Both the position numbers and the translations under genes were made by a program. Positions 32,748-42,757 of a stretch of DNA of 64,000 nt are shown here, in pieces. How positions within the stretch are numbered: position 1 is the stretch's first letter; each line of letters opens with the position of its first letter. This DNA comes from Acidiferrobacterales bacterium (GTDB taxonomy: Bacteria; Pseudomonadota; Gammaproteobacteria; Acidiferrobacterales; JAJDNE01): assembly GCA_048060695.1 (NCBI GenBank), contig JBGMQT010000001.1, positions 29,545-93,544 of the forward strand, read 5' to 3'. The notes beneath the pieces are model-generated. The model saw only the letters and a list, made by a program, of their open reading frames with translations. It searched no databases and was not told where the DNA came from.

Positions 32748-33104
32748 ATGGTACGTTTTATCAATTGCATTCGACGCAGGGCAGACATAACCCCGACGGA
32801 ATTCAGACGTTTCTGGAAAGATCCGAAGTTCGATGATCTTATCCAGAAGACTTTGGAGACCTACAAGGCGGTTAAGAGTTCAAAATCACTGGCGTTGCAA
32901 ATCGAAGCGAGTGAAAAGATTCAGGAAGCAAGACAGTCGGCACTGCCCTACGATGGGATTATTGAATATTGGTGGAATTCTGGCGCGGAAATCATCGACA
33001 TCTTTGAGTCTCCGGAAGCCCAGGCACTGAGTGAGGAGATGAATGTCTTTCAGTTGCAGTTTGTCGATTTTGAGGGGTCAACACTTTCTTTCACGGAAGC
33101 ATAG
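32748..33104 (+). CDS. Small EthD-like (dimeric alpha/beta-barrel) protein, tentative
   Basis: 118 aa. The N-terminal 'RADITPTEFRRFWKD' and the overall length fit EthD-type proteins. This rests on weak motif evidence only. Confidence 0.4.
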   Translation: MVRFINCIRRRADITPTEFRRFWKDPKFDDLIQKTLETYKAVKSSKSLALQIEASEKIQEARQSALPYDGIIEYWWNSGAEIIDIFESPEAQALSEEMNVFQLQFVDFEGSTLSFTEA

Positions 33105-33116
33105 TCTCTACCATAC

Positions 33117-34256
33117 TTAACTCGTAGCGGCGATATCAATTGCCGTTTCCAGCATGTGCCTGGCATTGTAGCAATGTGGTGAAAACCGGATCCCGCCACC
33201 ACGCAGTGCGCACATAACACCTTTTTTCTGCAGATTATCAAAGACCACATCAGCTGGTTTCTGACGATGACGAAACGTCACAATTCCAGCTACACGCCCC
33301 GGAGAGCTGTCCGTAATCAACTCCAGCTCCTGCCGTTGTTGCACTAGGTCGATAATGTGATTGGCATTCGCCAACACTTTTTTTTCAACTTCATCCATAC
33401 CAATTTCCTGAAACAGGGACAAACTGGCGTTTAACGCATGTATTCCCATCATATTGTTGCTACCACATTCGAACCGTCGCGCACTTTTAGCTGGTGCCCA
33501 GACGTGGGGCTCGAAATTAAATTGATCTTCTATCATGTGCCACCCATACTGGTGAAGCACTAATTGTTCACGCCACGCGTCGGAACAATAGAAGACAGCG
33601 ATACCTTCAGGGGCCAACATCCACTTGTGTGCATCTGCAATCAGAAAATCAATATGCGCTTCCTGAATATCCTGTCGAATTGCGCCTACAGCCTGAATCG
33701 CATCCACACAAAGCGCAATGCCGCGCTTCCGGCATTCTTCTCCCAGTCGATGTAAATCCATACGCAATCCGCTGGCATACTGCACTGCGCTGATGGAAAG
33801 AATTCGCGTACGAGTGTCTACGGCGTTTAGCAGGGCATCTTCTGGTGACTTGTCGCTCCCCAACGAAACCTGACGAACCTCAACGTTGTAACGTTCAAGT
33901 GATTGCCAGACCATCCGGTTTGATGGAAACTCTTCGTCGCTGATGACTACATTGTCGCCGGGCTTCCACGGGAAGCCATGCGCCACAACGGAAAGACCCT
34001 CAGACGTATTTTTCAGAAACGCAATATTGTCAGCGCTGGGCGCGTTTATTAAATCGGCAACACGCTGGCGCAATTCGGTTTCGGTGTCCAACCACGACGT
34101 ATAGTGACGCGAACCTGCCGTGAGACATTCATGCGCAAATCGATTCACGGCGTCCGCAGTGCGTTGTGGCCACGGTGCGATCGCTGCGTGATTAAGGTAG
34201 ATCAGACCATGCTCGATCGGAAATTCCGATGCGAGTAATTTATCAGCACCATTCAA
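33117..34256 (-). CDS. Class V aminotransferase-fold PLP enzyme (cysteine desulfurase-like)
   Basis: 379 aa with 'LNHAAIAPWP' and a Lys-containing 'ADAHKWMLAPEGIAVFYC' motif. Confidence 0.7.
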   Translation of the reverse strand: MNGADKLLASEFPIEHGLIYLNHAAIAPWPQRTADAVNRFAHECLTAGSRHYTSWLDTETELRQRVADLINAPSADNIAFLKNTSEGLSVVAHGFPWKPGDNVVISDEEFPSNRMVWQSLERYNVEVRQVSLGSDKSPEDALLNAVDTRTRILSISAVQYASGLRMDLHRLGEECRKRGIALCVDAIQAVGAIRQDIQEAHIDFLIADAHKWMLAPEGIAVFYCSDAWREQLVLHQYGWHMIEDQFNFEPHVWAPAKSARRFECGSNNMMGIHALNASLSLFQEIGMDEVEKKVLANANHIIDLVQQRQELELITDSSPGRVAGIVTFRHRQKPADVVFDNLQKKGVMCALRGGGIRFSPHCYNARHMLETAIDIAATS

Positions 34257-34262
34257 AATAGT

Positions 34263-34730
34263 TTATTTTGAGCAATTATCCAGTCTAATGGCAGCACAGG
34301 GGCTGCCAAATACATCGCCATGATTCTTCCATTTTACTGTCATCATGTTATTGGATTTATTGCTTTCCCCGAATTGTTTCTTGTCGTCAACTACAATTGT
34401 AACGCCACTTACACATGTCAATAACTCAGACGGTACGACAAAATCGAAATTTTCTCCTATTTTTTGTTCCGACACAGAAAAGGTTGTCAGAGGAGTTTTG
34501 TTTCGAGGTGGATATATTCCAATGCGATAACTTGCCCGAATACTTTTGGTATCATTTTCGTTGTTAGTAGCCAGTAATTTTACTTTAAATCGCACCTGGT
34601 GGGCGCAAGTACCAACCCTGATAGGATTTACCTCGTACGGCAGCAAATCCGCCGCATACGCAGCGTAGCTTGTAAGCACGCCCAGCAATAGAACTGTAAC
34701 GCCAACAAATAGTTGTCCCGATTTCCCCAT
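34263..34730 (-). CDS. Secreted hypothetical protein, CARDB-like
   Basis: Start trimmed to ATG 34730, giving a signal peptide (MGKSGQLFVGVTVLLLGVLTSYAAYA). The beta-rich body ends in a 'FGESNKSNNMMTV' (E-x-N-x-x-NN) motif reminiscent of CARDB domains. Confidence 0.4.
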   Translation of the reverse strand: MGKSGQLFVGVTVLLLGVLTSYAAYAADLLPYEVNPIRVGTCAHQVRFKVKLLATNNENDTKSIRASYRIGIYPPRNKTPLTTFSVSEQKIGENFDFVVPSELLTCVSGVTIVVDDKKQFGESNKSNNMMTVKWKNHGDVFGSPCAAIRLDNCSK

Positions 34731-35078
34731 TTCTTTTAACCCGAATATTTTGTGGAGACACCCGAACCCCGAGTACCTACAATCTAGCAAAGGGTAGGCC
34801 GACTGCAATATAATTCGATAATACCCGATATTTGTTATTTCGTATAATGTATATTATGTTAAATAAAGAATTTGGCTTGATGTTAATTACTACTATTAAT
34901 CAGATACTTATCTATTTCTAAATTCTCTCTTATCTGGCACGAACGATTACCATAAACTGTCGAATTATCCGCACTCAAACTGGCAGAAAAGTTCTGAAGA
35001 ATAGTTAGGTACAGTACATTATTCCCAGGCGATCCCGTATGGGCGCTCCAGACCACATAGAATATTGGTTTCGATAAT

Positions 35079-36629
35079 TCAAGCCTGAACCTGATAGTTG
35101 CGCATCATTCCCATGTCCTCGTGCTCCAGGTTATGGCAGTGATAAAGATAAAGTCCGGTATAATCCTCGAACCTTAAGAGTAGCTGGACCCGCTCACCCG
35201 GCATTACCAGCACTGTGTCTTTCCACCCCCCATCAACCAGACCTGCGCTAAGACTTCGCCATGCGCTTTTGCTTCGCGAGGTAATCGTTCGCTGCACCAC
35301 TTGAAACTGCAGACCATGAATATGAATGGGATGCGGCAATCCTCCTCCCATCATGCCCATGCTGGAATCGTTGACAAACTCCCATACTTCGGTGGTATTT
35401 AATTTAACGATTTCATTCGGAGCGACTTCGGACATATCAAACGTCCGCCCGTTGAGCCCCCAGGACATGCGTCTCATCGTAAGGCGGAAATTTCTGGGAC
35501 TTTTTTTATTGACGGCATCGTTCAGACGATACCGCTTAATTGTTGAGAGTCGACCGGGCAAGGAAACATTGTGTCGTATTTTTCGTTCTACCCGAACTTT
35601 CATCACCGGAAACTCGGTACCCATAGAAATTGTTCCGCCGCCCATCATCATCCCCATCATGCCGCCGGACATGGACCCTTCGAATGGCAGACTGCGCAGA
35701 ACGCGCTCTGTACCGACCTTGTCCCTGCTAAAATCTACCCACAGTTCTATCCGTTCAGCGGGTGCCAACGTTATATATGGTCGCGTGACGGGTTTCTCCA
35801 GCAGGCCACCATCAGTACCAATAACGGTCAGTGGCGTACCGTCGTCCCATGCCAGCTTGTAGATGCGCGAATTTGAACCGTTATAGAGTCGAAAACGATA
35901 AGGCCGCGTTGCCACCGGAAGGACAAAATCCGGTCGGCCATTGACGAGAATGTGGTCGCCCAGGAAACCCCTCATGCGCTCCATCGGTGACCCCAGATAT
36001 ACGAGCTCATTTCCGCGATTGAAACGTCGGTCCTGTATCACCAGGGGTATATCGAATTCCCCAGACGGTAAATTAAGCGCTTGCTCTTCTTTGTCAGTGA
36101 CCAGAAACAGGCCAGCCAGACCACCATAGACCTGCCGACCCGTCAGCTCGTGAGGATGTGGATGGAACCAGTAACTGCCAGCCCGGTCCTTCACTTCAAA
36201 TTCATAAACGTAACGCTTGCCTGACCTGATCGCCAGACGAGGATGGCCATCCGCCTCCTGTGGCACATTCAAACCATGCCAGTGAACAATTGTTTTCTCA
36301 CCTAAATCGTTGTTGAAGTGGACACGGATTTTCTGTCCTCGATGAACCCGAATAATGGGACCAAGATAACTGCCGGTAATGGGTTGTAGCGCACGCTTGT
36401 CACCCTTGAGCACCTTGCCTCGATAACTGAAAGTCTCAGTCGATTTACCGGATAGTATTGAAACCCGGTTACGCAAGGCCGTTAGTTCAAGCTCCAGATC
36501 AGGTATAAAGTTTTGTGAAGGCGCTGCTAACGCACTGAGCCAGGGATGGGTCGCAGCCAGAGCAATAGCGGAACCGGCCCCGGCCAGATTCAGAAAATCC
36601 CGACGTGTTATCGATCCAGGTTTGTCCAT
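35079..36629 (-). CDS. Multicopper oxidase (CopA/CueO-like), Tat-exported
   Basis: Tat signal 'SITRRDFLNLAG', copper ligand motifs 'HWHGL', 'WFHPHPH', 'HPIHIHG' and 'HCHNLEHEDMGMM', and a Met-rich loop 'MSGGMMGMMMGGG'. Confidence 0.85.
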   Translation of the reverse strand: MDKPGSITRRDFLNLAGAGSAIALAATHPWLSALAAPSQNFIPDLELELTALRNRVSILSGKSTETFSYRGKVLKGDKRALQPITGSYLGPIIRVHRGQKIRVHFNNDLGEKTIVHWHGLNVPQEADGHPRLAIRSGKRYVYEFEVKDRAGSYWFHPHPHELTGRQVYGGLAGLFLVTDKEEQALNLPSGEFDIPLVIQDRRFNRGNELVYLGSPMERMRGFLGDHILVNGRPDFVLPVATRPYRFRLYNGSNSRIYKLAWDDGTPLTVIGTDGGLLEKPVTRPYITLAPAERIELWVDFSRDKVGTERVLRSLPFEGSMSGGMMGMMMGGGTISMGTEFPVMKVRVERKIRHNVSLPGRLSTIKRYRLNDAVNKKSPRNFRLTMRRMSWGLNGRTFDMSEVAPNEIVKLNTTEVWEFVNDSSMGMMGGGLPHPIHIHGLQFQVVQRTITSRSKSAWRSLSAGLVDGGWKDTVLVMPGERVQLLLRFEDYTGLYLYHCHNLEHEDMGMMRNYQVQA

Positions 36630-39600
36630 GGCTTTTTCCTCAAGAAAGTTAACAGGTAAGTCTGGAACCGCGTATACAGGTCTTGCCAGGAAATCGACCT
36701 ATTGGCACCCTCCTTCCAGACCGCAAAGATTGCCGGGAACACAATCAATACCATAATAAGTGCTGATGTAATACCGCCCACCATGGGTGCGGCAATTCGT
36801 TTCATGACATCGGCCCCCGCTCCGCCGCTCCACATAATCGGTATCAAACCCAATAAAAGTGCCATACCGGTCATCAACATGGGTCGAATACGCTGGCTGG
36901 CACCTTCCACAATGGCGTCGCAGAGCGTGTTGTGATCCAGTGATATCGTTGTCTTCTTCTGAGCATAACTGATTCCCAAATACAGCATCATCAAGATACC
37001 CATTTCCGCAGCCAGACCGGCCAGCGCGATCATGCCTACCCACACCGCAATACTCAGGTTGTAATCCAGCAGAAATAACAGCCACACGGCACCGATCAAC
37101 GAGAACGGTATAGCAGCAAGAATAATTGACGCCTCGATGATTGATCCCCGGTTCATGAACAGCATGAAGAACACAATGAACAGGGTTAAAGGAATTAATA
37201 TTTTCAATTTGGCCTTGGCACGCTCGAAATATTTGAACTGACCGGCCCAGGCAATCCGATACCCTGCCGGCACGTTTACCCTGTCCTTTACCACCGTTCG
37301 CGCCAGATGGACATAATCAGCAATGCCGATATCTTTTACATCCACAAAGACGAAGGCGACCAGTTGTCCATTTTCGTTGCGCAACATTGGTGGTCCGGTC
37401 AGAAATTCAATACTGGCCAACTGGCTGATGGGGATTTGAGCACCCCCAGGTGTGGATACCAGTACCCGTTTCAATGCCTCCGGGTTATCGCGAAAATCAC
37501 GTGCGTACCGTAAATTGATGGCGTAGCGCTCACGGCCCTCAATGGTTTCGGATACGGTTAGCCCGCCAACGGCTGCCAGCATGGCATCTTCCACATCCGA
37601 CACCGTCAGACCATAGCGAGCGATGCGTTCGCGGTCGATCTTGAAATCGAGAAAATAACCACCGGTCAGGCGTTCGGCAAAAACACTACGGGTATACGGT
37701 TTGGTGCGCTCGTCTTGCTGCAGGGCCTTTTCAATACTGACTGCGGTTGATTCTATGGTAGCAAGGTCAGTCCCGAATACCTTGATGCCGAGACTGGAAC
37801 GAATACCGGTTGCCAGCATTTCCGTACGAGTCTGTATTGGCATCCACCAGATATTGGGCATACCCGGATACTGCAACTTCTCGTCCATCTCGGCCAGCAA
37901 CCCGTCCCAGGTCATGCCTTCTCGCCATTGATCGCGCGGCTTCAATGTTATTACCGTTTCTACCATCGACAATGGTGCCGGATCGGTAGGGCTCGTCGAT
38001 CGACCGATCTTGCCGAATACACGTTCCACTTCGGGAAATTTTTTCAATTGCCGATCCATGGATTGTAAAATCTTGCCAGCCTCGGTGATAGACATACCGG
38101 GTAATGCGGTGGGCATATAAAGTATGCTGCCTTCATTCAGGGGTGGCATAAATTCGTTGCCCAAGGCAAAAAACACCGGTACGGTCGCCACCATTGCCGC
38201 AACTGAACCACCAATCACCCAGTATCGAAAGCGCACGGCATATTGTGCTACCGGTGTATAGATACGGACCAGCCACCGGTTTAACGGGCTTTTGTCTCCA
38301 CGAATACGGCCGCGTATCAGGATTACCGCCAACGCCGGCGTGAAGGTGATGGCGAGCAGAGCCGCAAACCCCATGGAATAAGTCTTGGTAAAGGCCAGTG
38401 GTTTAAACAATCGCCCTTCCGTTCCTTCAAGCGCAAACACCGGCATGAAGGAGACCGTTATGATTAACAAGGAAAAGAATATACTTGGTCCGACTTCCTG
38501 CATCGCGGTGATGATAACTTCGCGCCGATTCGCCTCACCGGACTCTTCCATCGCTTCCAGGCGTTTGTGAATGTTTTCAATAATGACAATACTGGCATCC
38601 ACCATTGCGCCAATCGCCACAGCAATCCCTCCGAGTGACATAATGTTCGCAGTCAGGTTCTGTGACGACATGGGAATGAAAGCTAGCAATATGGCGATGG
38701 GCAGCGTCAGGATGGCAATCAACGCCGACCGGAAATGCAGCAGAAATATAATAATCACCAGTGACACCACAAGCATTTCTTCCAACAACGTGCTTTTAAG
38801 CGTTGCGATGGCGCGGTTGATCAGGACAGATCGGTCGTAGGTGGTAACAATTTCGACGCCATCCGGCAATCCGCTGCGCACATCATTGATACGTTGCTTG
38901 ACCCGTTCAATCACATTCAGGGCATCGTCGCCATAACGCATAATGACGATGCCACCTACGGTTTCTCCCTCCCCATCGAGTTCGGCAATACCGCGACGCA
39001 TGGCGGGTCCAAAACTGACATTCGCGACGTCTCGCACAGTGATGGGTACGCCATTCTTGCCAGTACCAAGGCTGATACGCTCGATGTCCTGCAGAGATTT
39101 AATGTAACCTCGCCCTCGAATAAAATGCTCATGGCCCGCAATCTCCAATACGCGCCCGCCCACGTCATTGTTGGAACGACGGATGGCCTTGGCCACCTGC
39201 TGTAACGAGACGCCATAGGACGCAAGTTTATTCGGGTCAGTACTGACCTGGTATTCCTTGACAAAACCACCAATCGAGGCAACTTCGGCGACGCCCTCCA
39301 CTGACTCCAGCCAATAACGCAAAGTAAAATCTTGTAGGCTGCGTAAGTCAGCCAGGCTCTGTTTTCCGGATTTGTCCACCAGCGCATATTGGTATACCCA
39401 CCCGACACCAGTGGCATCGGGGCCCAGCGTCGGGCGTAATCCGTCCGGGAGTTTACCCGCGGCGGAGTTGAGATATTCCAGCACGCGTGACCGCGCCCAG
39501 TATATATCCGTACCATCCTTGAAAATGACATAGACAAAGCTCAGGCCCATAAAACTCTGACCGCGTACGAATTCGACATTGGGCGCGGCCAGCAGTGTTG

Positions 39601-39838
39601 TCGTTAGTGGATAGGTGATTTGGTCCTCAACCAGATCGGGGCTGCGGCCCGGCCATTCAGTGTAGATGATCACCTGCACATCCGAGAGATCCGGGATCGC
39701 ATCCAGCGGTGTCGTCACCAACGAGCGATAACCCCAAAATGTTGCCGCTGCGATAATCAGCAGAGTTAGCAACGGATTAAGTGCACAATATCGAATCAGG
39801 CGTTCAATCGGACCGGTTTTCCCTTCATCATTTACCAT
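36608..39838 (-). CDS. cusA: Heavy-metal efflux RND pump, CusA-like
   Basis: 1076 aa with 12 TM. The TM4 motif 'GGIAVAIGAMVDASIVIIEN' is of the CusA type (A-x-G...D...EN). It overlaps cusB by 7 nt and the MCO gene by 22 nt. Confidence 0.85.
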   Translation of the reverse strand: MVNDEGKTGPIERLIRYCALNPLLTLLIIAAATFWGYRSLVTTPLDAIPDLSDVQVIIYTEWPGRSPDLVEDQITYPLTTTLLAAPNVEFVRGQSFMGLSFVYVIFKDGTDIYWARSRVLEYLNSAAGKLPDGLRPTLGPDATGVGWVYQYALVDKSGKQSLADLRSLQDFTLRYWLESVEGVAEVASIGGFVKEYQVSTDPNKLASYGVSLQQVAKAIRRSNNDVGGRVLEIAGHEHFIRGRGYIKSLQDIERISLGTGKNGVPITVRDVANVSFGPAMRRGIAELDGEGETVGGIVIMRYGDDALNVIERVKQRINDVRSGLPDGVEIVTTYDRSVLINRAIATLKSTLLEEMLVVSLVIIIFLLHFRSALIAILTLPIAILLAFIPMSSQNLTANIMSLGGIAVAIGAMVDASIVIIENIHKRLEAMEESGEANRREVIITAMQEVGPSIFFSLLIITVSFMPVFALEGTEGRLFKPLAFTKTYSMGFAALLAITFTPALAVILIRGRIRGDKSPLNRWLVRIYTPVAQYAVRFRYWVIGGSVAAMVATVPVFFALGNEFMPPLNEGSILYMPTALPGMSITEAGKILQSMDRQLKKFPEVERVFGKIGRSTSPTDPAPLSMVETVITLKPRDQWREGMTWDGLLAEMDEKLQYPGMPNIWWMPIQTRTEMLATGIRSSLGIKVFGTDLATIESTAVSIEKALQQDERTKPYTRSVFAERLTGGYFLDFKIDRERIARYGLTVSDVEDAMLAAVGGLTVSETIEGRERYAINLRYARDFRDNPEALKRVLVSTPGGAQIPISQLASIEFLTGPPMLRNENGQLVAFVFVDVKDIGIADYVHLARTVVKDRVNVPAGYRIAWAGQFKYFERAKAKLKILIPLTLFIVFFMLFMNRGSIIEASIILAAIPFSLIGAVWLLFLLDYNLSIAVWVGMIALAGLAAEMGILMMLYLGISYAQKKTTISLDHNTLCDAIVEGASQRIRPMLMTGMALLLGLIPIMWSGGAGADVMKRIAAPMVGGITSALIMVLIVFPAIFAVWKEGANRSISWQDLYTRFQTYLLTFLRKKPWTNLDR

Positions 39839-41349
39839 TGGTCGATCCCCGACTTGAGCTTGCTTTCCGCAGCGATGAGGAAATTACCAGAGGTAACCAC
39901 CTTGTCGCCTATCGAGAGCCCTTCCAGTACTTCGATAACGTCATTGTTGCGCACACCGGTTTTGACCTTTCGGGGTTGCAGCTGTCCCTTACCCAGATCA
40001 ACAAAGACAATGCGGCTGTTACCGGCGTAAAGTACGGCACCCTCGGGAACTACCAGACGTTTGCCAAGATCAATTTTCAAATGTACGTGCGCGTACATTT
40101 CGGGTCGCAACAGACCGTCTTTGTTATCCAACACAACGCGCACTCGCGCCGTGCGCGTATCACCCTCAAGGTATGGATAGACATAGGCCACCTTGGCTGG
40201 AAGTCTGCGACCGCCATAATCTGGCAACACAACTTCGGCATCCATACCCTGCTTCACATGCTCGATTTCGTATTCGTAAATCTGGCCCTCCACCCATACG
40301 TTCGAAAGATCAGCAATGCGCATCAGTCGCATGCCGGTTTTCACGGCACTGCCGGCGACTACGTTTTTCTCAATCACCGTGCCAGTAACGGGTGAGAGTA
40401 TCGGCATATCCTTTTTCGGTTTGTTTCGTTTTTCAAGATCACGAATTTGTGCCGGACTGATATCCCAGAGTTTGAGCCGTTGCCTTGCGGCAATCAGTAA
40501 CGAATCATTTCGATCCTTGCGCCGACGCAGGATTTCAAGGTACTCCTGCTGAGCCGACACCAGTTCCGGGCTATAAATGGAAAACAATGGCCGCCCTTTC
40601 CTGACACTTGCACCCACCGAGTTAGCCCATAATTTTCCAATCCAGCCATTAAACTTTAATGTAATGTCCGTCAGCCGGGTTTCATCATAGGTGACGCGAC
40701 CGGCGGCACGGATTGTCTTCACCAGAATTCTTTCTTCCGCGATACCAGTGGTAACGCCGATGAGCTGGCGTCGTTTCGCACCCATACGAATGGTGCCGGG
40801 TGTTTCTTCCCTTTCCTGACTCGCTGACGTTGGCAGCTCGTTCGAATCGGCTGACAACGGTGCGATGCTACTGGGGGTTGCTGACATCAGGCGCAATCCG
40901 GAACGGCTCGTAGTCAGATCAAAGGTCAGACTGGCTTTACCTTTTTTTGCTGACATGATGTCCAGCGTTAACGGCCATGCGCCCGTCATCAAGAGCTCGA
41001 ACTCGCCGCGATAACTCCCCTTTTTGGTTTGTTCGATGCTGGCGGGTGCACGCATCACTGGCATTGATCCCATGGATGGCATTTCGGCCACGGCCTTAAC
41101 CCGTGCGTCTCCCACGGGTCGATCGTTTTTATCCAGCAAATCGATGCGGAGCCGGTTTTTACCAACACGCGGTTGTTCGGGGTCAATTGTGACAAAGACC
41201 TGAAAGGGACCCGCATAGTAGCGGTTACCAGTGTCGATAGCCTGATTGGACCCGCGTCCAAAGAGCACCAATCCGGCAAGAATGAGCACCAGTGCAACCG
41301 ATGTACCACCACCAAGAAGAAGTTGTTTTCTGGAAAATATATATTTCAT
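39832..41349 (-). CDS. cusB: Efflux RND periplasmic adaptor (CusB-like) with an extra N-terminal YtkA/FixH-like domain
   Basis: 505 aa. An N-terminal TM is followed by an additional domain of about 110 aa (including 'EMPSMGSMPVM'), then a typical MFP lipoyl/beta-barrel core. Confidence 0.75.
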   Translation of the reverse strand: MKYIFSRKQLLLGGGTSVALVLILAGLVLFGRGSNQAIDTGNRYYAGPFQVFVTIDPEQPRVGKNRLRIDLLDKNDRPVGDARVKAVAEMPSMGSMPVMRAPASIEQTKKGSYRGEFELLMTGAWPLTLDIMSAKKGKASLTFDLTTSRSGLRLMSATPSSIAPLSADSNELPTSASQEREETPGTIRMGAKRRQLIGVTTGIAEERILVKTIRAAGRVTYDETRLTDITLKFNGWIGKLWANSVGASVRKGRPLFSIYSPELVSAQQEYLEILRRRKDRNDSLLIAARQRLKLWDISPAQIRDLEKRNKPKKDMPILSPVTGTVIEKNVVAGSAVKTGMRLMRIADLSNVWVEGQIYEYEIEHVKQGMDAEVVLPDYGGRRLPAKVAYVYPYLEGDTRTARVRVVLDNKDGLLRPEMYAHVHLKIDLGKRLVVPEGAVLYAGNSRIVFVDLGKGQLQPRKVKTGVRNNDVIEVLEGLSIGDKVVTSGNFLIAAESKLKSGIDQW

Positions 41350-42671
41350 CGTGCCACGCCCTCGACATCTGTTTTACCGGCTAGTTCGCCCGTCATAATC
41401 CGTGAATCCCCGACTCGACTGGCAAGTACAGCCAGTCGGTGGTGATATTCAGATTGCGTTCGAATCCAGCTGAGTTGCGTTTGCATTAGACTTTTCTCCG
41501 CACTCACAAGACGCAGGAAGTCCCCCTTGCCAAATTGATATTCAGAGCGCGCGGCTTGTAAACTTTCCTCGGCCAGAGGAACCAGCTTGTTCCGATACAG
41601 TGTTATCGCATGATGACTTTCTTCAATGCTGTCGTATGCCTGTTGTGTCTTGCTGGCAACTTCCATGAGTTTGTCCTGCAGCTTCCATTGCAGTTGCCGG
41701 GCCAATGCCTTTGATTCATCGACATCTCCCTTGCGCTTGCTCCAGGCGAGTGGCAGATTCAGGCCCACACCAATGGTGTTGCGTTTCTCCTGTTGTGCCC
41801 ACAGACTGTTATAACCAACAGATACCTTGAAATCGGGAAAGTAGTTTCGCTTGGCAAGCCGTGTTTGCGCCTGTTGGGCCTGCAATTCGGCACGCAATGT
41901 CAGGATCGAAGGGTGGGAAGACATGGCCCGACCACGCAGTACCGATGCATCCGGTAGTGCTCGGGGGCCTTCTATACCGGCCGGAGAAGGAACTCGTCGT
42001 TCCGGTGAATGATTGAGAAGATGATTGATACGAGCACGAATATGATGCTGTCGCCGCTGCAGCACGATTGCATGGTGCTCCAGTGTCACCTGTTCCACCG
42101 CCGCCTGAAGGGCATCTTGCCTGGAGGCTTGCCCGGTACTGTATTTGAGTTCGGCAATTATCCGAAACTCGTCCCAGAGCTCACGATTGACAAGGTTAAT
42201 TCGAATCGCTTCATGGATGTAAAACCATTCCGCGTACAGTCGATGGCTCTCCTCCTGTAGAGCAAGACTGGTCAATGTTATACGTTCCTTTCTGGCATTG
42301 GCCCGCTGTTCCGCCTGCTCCCCCTGCAAACCTCGTTTTCCGGGCCAGGGTAACTTTTGAGACAGGATAATTTTCTGACCCAGATCCTGCCCAGCCAGAT
42401 TTTGCGTGTCGGGCGCGAGAGTGTAGGAAAGTATGGGGTCTTCAAATGCCCTGGCAGATGCAATTCGCGCACGCGCCGCCTGCCATGCCGCGGTCATTGC
42501 GGACAACGACTTGTTCCGCTGCAGTACTGCGATCGTCAATTGCGTAGCGGTGATTTTGTCTTGCCCCGCAAACGAAACCGGATCGCCCGCCCAGTTCGCG
42601 GTAAAGGGAACCGCCAGCGATATCAATAATAATTTTTTAGGCCAATTAAGACCCTTCTTACGCGTTAACAT
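41346..42671 (-). CDS. cusC: TolC-family outer membrane efflux protein (CusC-like)
   Basis: OEP repeat architecture. Start trimmed to ATG 42671 (MLTRKKGLNWPKKLLLISLAV...). 4-nt overlap with cusB. Confidence 0.75.
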   Translation of the reverse strand: MLTRKKGLNWPKKLLLISLAVPFTANWAGDPVSFAGQDKITATQLTIAVLQRNKSLSAMTAAWQAARARIASARAFEDPILSYTLAPDTQNLAGQDLGQKIILSQKLPWPGKRGLQGEQAEQRANARKERITLTSLALQEESHRLYAEWFYIHEAIRINLVNRELWDEFRIIAELKYSTGQASRQDALQAAVEQVTLEHHAIVLQRRQHHIRARINHLLNHSPERRVPSPAGIEGPRALPDASVLRGRAMSSHPSILTLRAELQAQQAQTRLAKRNYFPDFKVSVGYNSLWAQQEKRNTIGVGLNLPLAWSKRKGDVDESKALARQLQWKLQDKLMEVASKTQQAYDSIEESHHAITLYRNKLVPLAEESLQAARSEYQFGKGDFLRLVSAEKSLMQTQLSWIRTQSEYHHRLAVLASRVGDSRIMTGELAGKTDVEGVAR

Positions 42672-42757
42672 GCCAAATCTCCGAATAATTCTTGCAACAC
42701 CCGATGCCAATGGAACAACGCCATTGCCAGTCCGGTACGGATAGATTCGAAAATTGG

